Assembly: GCA_963666965.1 (NCBI GenBank)
Contig: OY762939.1
Location: 1,235,287-1,299,286, forward strand
Length of the DNA: 64,000 nucleotides
DNA from: Endomicrobiaceae bacterium
GTDB taxonomy: Bacteria; Elusimicrobiota; Endomicrobiia; Endomicrobiales; Endomicrobiaceae
Direction of reading: 5' to 3'
The notes beneath the pieces are model-generated. The model was not told where the DNA came from and searched no databases. It saw only the letters and a program-made list of their open reading frames with translations. Below, one piece after another: positions 56,766 to 64,000 of the stretch; the stretch's first letter is position 1, and every line of letters begins with the position of its first letter. The position numbers and the translations under genes are program-made.

Positions 56766-58057
56766 CTGCAGGCATTTTATGCGCCGTATTATTTTATGCT
56801 TATGCATTCGGAGGAACTGTGGAATCATTTAACTTAAAAAACGGAATAAAGGTGATATATAAAAAAAGCGGCACATCGGATATAGTCGCTTTAAAAATTT
56901 ATTCTCCCGTATCAGTATTGCATGAAGATGTTTCAAAAGCAGGAGTTACGTCGCTGCTTTATAATGTAATGAATAAATCGACTAAAAACAGAAACGCCGC
57001 CGCTCTTGCGGAAGATATTGAGAATCTAGGTTCTTCAATATCAACTGAGGTTGAATACGATTATTCCGGTTTTTCTCTTGCCTCAATGAGTGAAAACTTT
57101 GACAAGACTGTTGAAATTCTCGCCGATATGATATTAAATCCTGCGTTTGACGAAAAAGAACTTGAAAAAGAAAAGATTTTGAATTCAGAGGTAATAAAAA
57201 GCAGACAGGACAGTATTTCAAAAACAGCCAATGATAAATTTATTTGCGACTTTTACGGTCCGGCTCATCCGTATTCTTATCCGGTTTACGGCAAAATTGA
57301 AACATTAAATTCTGTTACACGCGCAGATCTTATAAAAATGTACGAAAAAATTTATTCAAATAAGGGCATTATAATAACCGTTGTGGGAAATGTTTCAAAA
57401 AAAGAGCTGGTCAAATCTCTAGAGAAATATTTTTTGAATTTGAAATTAACACAGCCTCAGCCTGAAAAAATTAAATTTGCTTATATCAAAAGAAATGATT
57501 CTGAAGTTATTGCCGATTCTAAATTTAATCAGGCTTTTATAACTTATGCTTATGACGCTCCCAACGTTTATGACAAGGATTTTGTCACTTTAAAAGTCAT
57601 AAGTTCAATTTTGGGCGGAAGAATGACAGGCAGGCTTTTTATTGAACTGCGTGAGAAACTCGGTCTCGCATATGAAGTAAATTCAATTTATCCGACAAGA
57701 ATTGACAGAAGTTATTTCGAAATTTATATAGGTTTGGATAAAAAGAACATAGAAACAGCTAAAAAAGGCATAGAGAAAATAACGGCAGATCTGTGCAATA
57801 CAGCAGTAAGCGAAGAAGAATTAAAAGACACCAAAAATTTTATAAAGGGCGTTTATCTGCTTGACCATCAGCCAGTTGAAAGACAGGCTTATTATATGGC
57901 TGTCAGAGAAATTCTGGGTCTGGGTTATGAGTATGATGCACAATACATGTCTGTTTTGGGCAATGTAACGTCTGAAGATATATTGAACGCAGCAAATAAA
58001 TATTTTAAGTCTATTCCGTATAAACTGATAATGACTTCTGAATCCGGAGATAAATAA
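56753..58057 (+). CDS. M16 family peptidase-like protein (HxxEH absent; non-catalytic partner)
   Basis: Same fold and length. The motif position reads VTSLLYNVMNKS. Overlaps the upstream M16 gene. Confidence 0.7.
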   Translation: MSKIAAGILCAVLFYAYAFGGTVESFNLKNGIKVIYKKSGTSDIVALKIYSPVSVLHEDVSKAGVTSLLYNVMNKSTKNRNAAALAEDIENLGSSISTEVEYDYSGFSLASMSENFDKTVEILADMILNPAFDEKELEKEKILNSEVIKSRQDSISKTANDKFICDFYGPAHPYSYPVYGKIETLNSVTRADLIKMYEKIYSNKGIIITVVGNVSKKELVKSLEKYFLNLKLTQPQPEKIKFAYIKRNDSEVIADSKFNQAFITYAYDAPNVYDKDFVTLKVISSILGGRMTGRLFIELREKLGLAYEVNSIYPTRIDRSYFEIYIGLDKKNIETAKKGIEKITADLCNTAVSEEELKDTKNFIKGVYLLDHQPVERQAYYMAVREILGLGYEYDAQYMSVLGNVTSEDILNAANKYFKSIPYKLIMTSESGDK

Positions 58058-59295
58058 TGAATATATATCTTTTAATAATAGTAATATTCATGCTTGTTTC
58101 GTTTTTTATAGATTCAATCGCCGACTATTTAAACATAAAAAACATGTCTGAGGTTTTACCTGAAGAATTCAAAGGATATTACGATGAAGAAAAATATAGA
58201 AAATCACAAAACTATCTTAAGGATAAAACTGTATTTGGTTTTATAAATTCAGCTTTTATTCTGGTTGCACAGTTGATTTTTATAATTGCAGGCGGTTTTA
58301 ATTTAGTTGATAATTTTGCAAGATCTTTCGGATACGGAGAAGTCGTATCGGGTGTTATATTCATAACTGTTCTTATCGTAATTTTTAATGTAATAAAAAT
58401 ACCTTTTTCGGCATATAATATTTTTGTAATTGAAGAAAAATATGGTTTTAACAGAATGACTGTTAAAACTTTTATATCTGATTTAATAAAAAACAACATT
58501 CTGCTTCTTGTAATAGGACTTCCCATATTTGCTGTAATAGTTTGGTTTTTTATGTTTTACGGACAAGAATCTTGGCTTTATGCGGCAATAAGCGTTATAC
58601 TTTTTGAACTTTTGATTATGTTTGTAGCTCCGGTTCTTATAATGCCTCTGTTTAATAAATATGTGCCTGTTGAAGACGGTGATCTGAAAACCGAGCTTGA
58701 AAACTATGCAAAACGCGAAAATTTTAAAATGAAAGGATTGTTTAAAATGGACGGTTCCAAAAGATCAACAAAAACAAATGCGTTTTTTACAGGTTTTGGA
58801 AGGTTTAGAAGAATAGTTTTGTTCGATACTCTCATAGCCAAACATACTGTTTCAGAACTTGTTTCAGTTCTTGCCCATGAAATGGGACATTATAAAAAAG
58901 GACATATTAAAAAATTTATGATTATGTCTTTTGTAAATACGTTTATAATGTTTTTTATTCTTTCGTTTTTTATAGCAAATCCTGATTTATTTGAAGCCTT
59001 TTCAGTTGAAAACATCTCTGTTTACGCATCTTTCGTTTTTTTCGGATTTTTATATACGCCAATATCAATGTTTTTATCGGTAATACAGAATATTATGTCA
59101 AGAAAATACGAATATGAAGCAGACAGATATGCCGTTGAAACTTATAAGAAGCCGGAAGCTATGATTGAAGCGCTTAAAAAACTTTCGGTTGATAATCTGT
59201 CTAATCTCACGCCTCATAAATTTAAAGTTTTTACGGAATATTCGCATCCGCCTGTACTTGAAAGAATAAAAGCGATAAAAAGTATTAAAATATAA
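58057..59295 (+). CDS. M48 (Ste24/HtpX-like) membrane zinc metalloprotease
   Basis: Seven-TM-like profile, HEMGH zinc motif, and a downstream EYEAD. Confidence 0.8.
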   Translation: MNIYLLIIVIFMLVSFFIDSIADYLNIKNMSEVLPEEFKGYYDEEKYRKSQNYLKDKTVFGFINSAFILVAQLIFIIAGGFNLVDNFARSFGYGEVVSGVIFITVLIVIFNVIKIPFSAYNIFVIEEKYGFNRMTVKTFISDLIKNNILLLVIGLPIFAVIVWFFMFYGQESWLYAAISVILFELLIMFVAPVLIMPLFNKYVPVEDGDLKTELENYAKRENFKMKGLFKMDGSKRSTKTNAFFTGFGRFRRIVLFDTLIAKHTVSELVSVLAHEMGHYKKGHIKKFMIMSFVNTFIMFFILSFFIANPDLFEAFSVENISVYASFVFFGFLYTPISMFLSVIQNIMSRKYEYEADRYAVETYKKPEAMIEALKKLSVDNLSNLTPHKFKVFTEYSHPPVLERIKAIKSIKI

Positions 59296-59311
59296 TTAAA
59301 CGGGGGATAAA

Positions 59312-60343
59312 ATGGATAAATTATTAAAAGATTTGCTGAATGCGCCCGGCATATCGGGTTATGAAGAAACTGTTGCCGAAATTATCAAAAAAGAGCTTGA
59401 AAAAAGCTGTGACAGCGTTAAAATAGATAATTTCGGAAATGTCATATCAAAAAAAGGAACCGGCAAAAAAAAGATAATGATTGCTGCCCATATGGATGAA
59501 ATAGGCCTTGCCGTTAAATACATAAATGACCAGGGATATATTTATTTTATAAAAGTCGGCGGAATTTCAGACGGCGTTTTGCCAGGACAGAGAGTAATTA
59601 TAAAGTCTCAAAAGGGAGACGTTTACGGAATAATAGGGACAAAACCGCCGCATCTTCAGACGCCGGATGAAAGAAATAAAGTGGTTTCTTATGATAATAT
59701 GTTTATAGATATCGGATGTTCAAAGAGAGATGAAGTCCTTGAAAAAATTGATATCGGAGACCAGATAATATTTGAACCGAATGCAGGAATTCTTAACGGA
59801 GATATTTATTACGGAAAAGCCGTTGACAACAGAGCCGGCTGCTATGCGATGATAAAAATCATGGAAAAACTTTCAGTAAACGCCGAAGTTTACGGAGTTG
59901 CAACAGCCCAGGAAGAAGTAGGTCTTAAGGGTGCAAAAACGTCTTCTTTTGCCGTAAATCCAGATTTTGCTCTCATAGTAGACACTACAACTGCAGGAGA
60001 TGTTCCGGGAATTGAAGGGAAAGTATCTTCTTTAAAACTCGGTGAAGGCATTGCAATTACTCTTATTGAAGCAAGCGGAAGAGGAACAATAGTAAATAAC
60101 AAAATAAGAAAAATGATGCTTGAGGCAGCAAGAGAAAATAATATAAAACACCAGCTTGACGTAATAGACGGCGGCATGACCGACGGTGCAACTATTTATA
60201 TAAACAGAGAGGGGATTCTTACCGGTATTTTAAGTCTTCCTACAAGATATCTGCATGCTTCAAGTTCGGTTTTTAATATAAAGGATTTGGATTCGGCTGT
60301 TGAGCTTGGCATTAAAGCAATAGAAAAATTCGTGAAGTTATAA
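59312..60343 (+). CDS. M42 family glutamyl aminopeptidase/endoglucanase-like (FrvX/PepA-like)
   Basis: LLNAPGISGYEE start, with HMDEIG, DNRAGC and QEEVGLKGA motifs. Confidence 0.8.
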   Translation: MDKLLKDLLNAPGISGYEETVAEIIKKELEKSCDSVKIDNFGNVISKKGTGKKKIMIAAHMDEIGLAVKYINDQGYIYFIKVGGISDGVLPGQRVIIKSQKGDVYGIIGTKPPHLQTPDERNKVVSYDNMFIDIGCSKRDEVLEKIDIGDQIIFEPNAGILNGDIYYGKAVDNRAGCYAMIKIMEKLSVNAEVYGVATAQEEVGLKGAKTSSFAVNPDFALIVDTTTAGDVPGIEGKVSSLKLGEGIAITLIEASGRGTIVNNKIRKMMLEAARENNIKHQLDVIDGGMTDGATIYINREGILTGILSLPTRYLHASSSVFNIKDLDSAVELGIKAIEKFVKL

Positions 60344-60391
60344 CGATTTCAATTTTTCGCCTGAAAATTAAAAATCTAAAAAAATATAAAA

Positions 60392-60415
60392 AATTCAAAG
60401 GAACCCCTTTGAATT
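60392..60415 (+). terminator. intrinsic terminator after the M42 peptidase gene
   Basis: 10-bp stem aattcaaagg/cctttgaatt with a 4-nt loop, followed by a T-run. Confidence 0.7.
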
Positions 60416-60636
60416 TTTTATTTCCTCTCAAATATTAAAGTTTAAAAAAAGCAGTTTTTGCCGCATTAGAGTATGCCTTTGACTGAAATATTTTTTACTG
60501 CAAAAATTTAAAATTATAAATTTTTAATCGTTGATGTTCGAAGTCATTTCCGTTTCATTATGTTTTAAGGAAATGACAAGTTCAGCGATGACAGTAAAAA
60601 ATATAAAGGAATATACTCTGCGGCGGGTCTTTTTTG

Positions 60637-60906
60637 AGGGCAATCTAACAAATATAAAACATTTGTGCTGCTAAAATTTTTGAAAATCAATTTGTATATT
60701 TTGTGCAGGAGAGTAGTTTTCACTACTTTACAAACAAAATGTGCAAATTTATCAAAAAGTCACGCAGCCCGAAGGGTTAGTGCCCAAACAGCGTTCTGCT
60801 TCGTTAGACTTCCTCGTAATAGACTCGCTATTACTTCGTCACTCTGCCTCGCATATCATCTGTTTTGACAGCTAACACAATTGCTTTATATTTGTTAGAT
60901 TGCCCT
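60637..60906. repeat. 270-bp element bounded by perfect 22-bp inverted repeats (candidate MITE or structured RNA)
   Basis: AGGGCAATCTAACAAATATAAA at 60637-60658 has its exact reverse complement at 60885-60906, with imperfect extension inward. The core at about 60760-60860 is visibly GC-richer and holds local hairpins. Confidence 0.6.
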
Positions 60907-60938
60907 GAACTTTTTAGACTCGTGATAAAAAGTAACTT

Positions 60939-61670
60939 TTATAGTTCAGTGCGGGCGACAGCGGCGACAAATACTTTTTTTGCTCCTGATTTTTTAAGAA
61001 GTTCGGCGCAGACGTTTGCCGTTGCGCATGTCGTTGCAACGTCGTCCACAAGAAGAATAGTTTTACCTTTTAGAATATTTTCATATTTTTTGTTTATTGA
61101 AAAAGAATTTTTAAGATTTTCATTTCTGTCATTTCTGTTCAGCCCGAACTGCGGTTTTGTATATGATTTTCTAACTATGATTTTTTCATTTAAAGGCTTG
61201 TTGATTTCAACTGCTATTTCTCTTGCAAGAAGCGATGTTTGGTTATAACCTCTTAAAAATTTTTTAATAAAATGCAAAGGAACCGGAATTATAATATCGG
61301 CTTGTTTATCCCAATTTTCTTTCAATACCAAATCGGCTACCGGGCCGGCCAAATCTTTTGCAAGAAAAAGACGCTGCGAATATTTAAATTTATGAATAAG
61401 TTTTTTAATGTTGTCTTTATAAATATAAGGTGTTTTTAATAAATTAAAATATATTTTTGAATGTTTGCAGTCGTAACAATGTTCGCCGCCGTCTTTTAGA
61501 GGCATTGAGCAAACAGCACATTTTAATCCGTTGTTTTCTGGAAATGTTTTTAAACATTGCGCGCATACATTGTCTGCGGCAGATAAAGGCATGTTTTTTC
61601 CGCAGCATGAGCATGTTCTCGGGAAAACAAGATACCAGATTAAATTTAATAATTTTTTCAATAAATTCAT
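60939..61670 (-). CDS. comF: ComF family protein (phosphoribosyltransferase domain)
   Basis: N-terminal Cys pairs (CSCC...C..C, C..C...C..C). C-terminal PRTase motif ILLVDDVATTCAT. Confidence 0.75.
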   Translation of the reverse strand: MNLLKKLLNLIWYLVFPRTCSCCGKNMPLSAADNVCAQCLKTFPENNGLKCAVCSMPLKDGGEHCYDCKHSKIYFNLLKTPYIYKDNIKKLIHKFKYSQRLFLAKDLAGPVADLVLKENWDKQADIIIPVPLHFIKKFLRGYNQTSLLAREIAVEINKPLNEKIIVRKSYTKPQFGLNRNDRNENLKNSFSINKKYENILKGKTILLVDDVATTCATANVCAELLKKSGAKKVFVAAVARTEL

Positions 61671-61677
61671 TTTATAT

Positions 61678-64000
61678 TTAAAACTGTATAGTCAGCCTGC
61701 TTCCGAATTCAATAACCGTATAGTTATTGTCCGGAGTATAAGTATATAAATATCTTGAAAGTCCTGCTATAAGAGCGCACCTGAAATTACTTGATATTTC
61801 ATAATCGGCGTTTACCTTAAAACCAAAATTTTGCAGATTATTGCTCTGTATGTTGACTCCTGAACTCTGTGTTTTATAAAACACGTTTGAATCAAATATA
61901 AGCCTGTTTTTTAAAGGAATTACTCCGAAAATAGGCAGTTTGATGCCCGCAGGGAATATGAGGTCTGAGTTTATCTGTCCGATTATTGAATTTGTAAGTA
62001 TCTGAGTTGAAAGTTTTCCTGTTGAATTCCTTGCCCATTCCTGTGAGTTTTCATATTTTAAACTCATTCTCCACTGTTTTACGTTTATTCCGCTTTGCAC
62101 AAGCCATGAAAAAATCTGGCCTTCGCTTATAGGCACATTTTTGGCGATATCGGTTTCGTTTGAATTTGTGTTTGACGCTCCGAAAAGAAGGTCAAGTCTT
62201 TTAAGAAGTTTAAATCTGTAATCGCCTCCGTAAGTTATACTTTCTCCGTAAGAAACTGCTCTTTCCACGACAGTTTTTTTGTTATGCCTGATATTTAACT
62301 GCGTATCGCTCATCCAACTGAATTCGAATAAATTTTCAAATTTGTTCATTCCTATCAGAATATCCGGCCATATTCTTGTATAAGAATCTTTAAATGTTCC
62401 GGTTATGTATGATTCTTCCTGCCCTTCGGTGAAAGTAAAATTTAACGTCATTGTTTTTATAGGCATAAGTTTGCCCTGCAGATTAAAAGTATCAAAAGGA
62501 CTGTATCTTCCTATAACTCTCCTGTCGTCTCTTTTAACGACAGATTTGACTATATAGGATGTTGTTGAAGAAGTTATTTCGTTTATATCTTTGAGCAGAT
62601 TATCTCTTACCCATAATTTATCAAATCCTATAGAATAGAATCCTTTTTCGATATTTGAATAGGCGTCTGAATCCTGCATTCTGTAAGAAGTCGTAAAAGA
62701 CAGCGATTTTAAACAGTTAAGATTTACGACGTCTATTACCTGCAGATTCCATGTAAGTTCCGTTGTTCCGAGTCTTTCAATGTATTTTGTTTGGCCGGGA
62801 TATACAATGGTTGTTGTCTGCGTGCTGTAAGTTAAATCATAAGTTTCTTTTGTGTTTATATGGTAAATAAGGCTCGGCTGAAACCATTTCGTCATCTGAA
62901 AATTTAAACTTGCTCCTACATCCTGGTTTAACGATTTGTCATAATATATTTCATAGGCAAAATATTCTTTGTTTTTTTCGTTTACTTTGCTTAAAATATA
63001 AGTCGGCGAAAAAGTAACGCTGTCAAAAAATTTAAAAGGCGTTTTAACGCCCCATGTTTCTGTTTTTTCAAGAGTTAAAAAATCTTTTATGTCCAAGTAT
63101 TTCTTTGCTGTGTCAAGATCAAGAAAAGAATCGGAATCTGTTATGGTGACGGACGGATACTTTTTATAAGCTGAATTTACAAGTCTGTAATCTCCGTTTA
63201 AATTTGTCGGCAGCAAATCGAATTCTATTGGGTTTGTATATGTCAGGTTTGCATAAATGCTTTCGGCATCTTCAAGCCTTTTAATTTCCTGAGTATCCTT
63301 AAGAGCTCTTGCATATTGCAGAGAAACTCTCGGAAGGTCATTTCCTGCTGACAAAACCGTTTCTGCTTTGCCGTTATATGTAATAACCGTTCCTTCGTCA
63401 AGCAATGATACTTTATCGGATTCATTTGTCTGCGCAGAAGGAGTTATTATTCTTAATTTTGATACCGAAAGATTTAAAGGAAGAACGTCTATCCCGCTTA
63501 CATTTAATCCCTTAAAGCCCAGAGCAGCCGTATCTTCAAGATAATCTCTGTTATAAGTGCCAGGCGCAAAAGACTGGAAATTTTTATCTATGCTTTTTCT
63601 GCTTAAAGAAAGATTGACCGGTCCTATAAGATCAGTTCCTCTCCATCTTAAATTTGTATTGACCTTCCATGCATTTCCGTCTTTAGTTTTTGCTCCGGTC
63701 ACATGTATTTCATTAATCCAGATTTCACCTGCATCAGCCTGATTCGTTTTTATTCCGGTCTGCAGATATGCCACCTTGCTCAGAGACGGATTACCGACTA
63801 TCGTTATTGTGCCGCCGTCCGTGCTTATCCATTTTGAAGCCACGGCGCTGTATTCCTGTTTTATGGTAATAAGAGTCCATTTTCCTTTTAGACTGTCCGT
63901 AACGGGAAGAGAATACTGCAGATAATTATTGTCATCGGCTCCGGCTCTCATTATGATTTCGCTCGGGGTTGCGGCAGTTGTTGAAGATACAAAAACGAAA
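61678..64000 (-). CDS. large outer-membrane beta-barrel protein, C-terminal part (5' end outside the window)
   Basis: The frame stays open upstream of Met 63951 to the window edge. The sequence has an alternating beta-strand pattern, is Tyr/Asn/Thr-rich and ends ...SRLTIQF (C-terminal Phe, an OMP signature). Confidence 0.6.
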   Translation of the reverse strand, partial: FVFVSSTTAATPSEIIMRAGADDNNYLQYSLPVTDSLKGKWTLITIKQEYSAVASKWISTDGGTITIVGNPSLSKVAYLQTGIKTNQADAGEIWINEIHVTGAKTKDGNAWKVNTNLRWRGTDLIGPVNLSLSRKSIDKNFQSFAPGTYNRDYLEDTAALGFKGLNVSGIDVLPLNLSVSKLRIITPSAQTNESDKVSLLDEGTVITYNGKAETVLSAGNDLPRVSLQYARALKDTQEIKRLEDAESIYANLTYTNPIEFDLLPTNLNGDYRLVNSAYKKYPSVTITDSDSFLDLDTAKKYLDIKDFLTLEKTETWGVKTPFKFFDSVTFSPTYILSKVNEKNKEYFAYEIYYDKSLNQDVGASLNFQMTKWFQPSLIYHINTKETYDLTYSTQTTTIVYPGQTKYIERLGTTELTWNLQVIDVVNLNCLKSLSFTTSYRMQDSDAYSNIEKGFYSIGFDKLWVRDNLLKDINEITSSTTSYIVKSVVKRDDRRVIGRYSPFDTFNLQGKLMPIKTMTLNFTFTEGQEESYITGTFKDSYTRIWPDILIGMNKFENLFEFSWMSDTQLNIRHNKKTVVERAVSYGESITYGGDYRFKLLKRLDLLFGASNTNSNETDIAKNVPISEGQIFSWLVQSGINVKQWRMSLKYENSQEWARNSTGKLSTQILTNSIIGQINSDLIFPAGIKLPIFGVIPLKNRLIFDSNVFYKTQSSGVNIQSNNLQNFGFKVNADYEISSNFRCALIAGLSRYLYTYTPDNNYTVIEFGSRLTIQF

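Noticed and set aside
60637-60906. A retron (msr/msd) interpretation of the inverted-repeat-bounded element.
   Set aside because: Retron ncRNAs are immediately followed by a reverse transcriptase gene. Both neighbours here are convergent housekeeping genes (the M42 peptidase and comF), and no RT is in the window.
60420-60940. A housekeeping RNA (tmRNA, RNase P RNA, SRP RNA or 6S RNA) hidden in the long spacer.
   Set aside because: None of the invariant motifs I know is present on either strand. These include GAGGAAAGTCC for RNase P, a tRNA-like 3' end with a tag ORF for tmRNA, and the GGAA-tetraloop/AGCAGCC region of SRP helix 8. Only a covariance-model scan can exclude them fully.
60665-61248. 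Plus-strand ORFs of 67 and 127 aa in the long intergenic region and opposite comF.
   Set aside because: There are no RBS sequences and the composition is implausible. The second ORF is antisense to the well-supported comF PRTase domain.

Overview
This is a dense chromosomal window, roughly 90% coding, from a low-GC diderm bacterium. The diderm call rests on Kdo, heptose and Lpt LPS genes, a TonB-dependent receptor and large beta-barrel proteins. The lifestyle looks anaerobic: there is a four-subunit 2-oxoacid:ferredoxin oxidoreductase, many Fe-S and radical SAM enzymes, and NapH-like polyferredoxins. I cannot assign a lineage from the sequence alone. I support about 70 protein genes, 5 tRNAs, one canonical and one variant cobalamin riboswitch, several intrinsic terminators, and a few promoter or operator candidates. 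No transposase, integrase, CRISPR array or rRNA is visible.

The most unusual content is a 6.5-kb, tightly packed operon at 4573-11058. It encodes three paralogous TPR-fused radical SAM enzymes with SPASM/twitch-like C-termini, followed by a membrane-anchored SGNH-like protein. There is no RRE domain and no visible precursor peptide gene. The cassette is bracketed by an imperfect ~85-120 bp direct repeat and sits next to an exported amidinotransferase-fold enzyme.

Other points of interest:
- A tandem LDH duplication in which the substrate-specificity Gln102 codon (CAA) is CGA (Arg) in the second copy, which predicts an LDH-to-MDH switch.
- A nickel superoxide dismutase whose Ni-hook His follows a Sec-type signal peptide.
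- An ablA-ablB (N-epsilon-acetyl-beta-lysine) pair.
- A tatA-tatC-DUF362(TRK signal)-NapH-like polyferredoxin module.
- A B12 uptake and adenosylation regulon.
- A BirA operator in front of birA.
- A 270-bp element bounded by perfect 22-bp inverted repeats, lying in an unusually long convergent intergenic region.

All functional calls come from motif and family recognition by eye. None has been checked by a database search.
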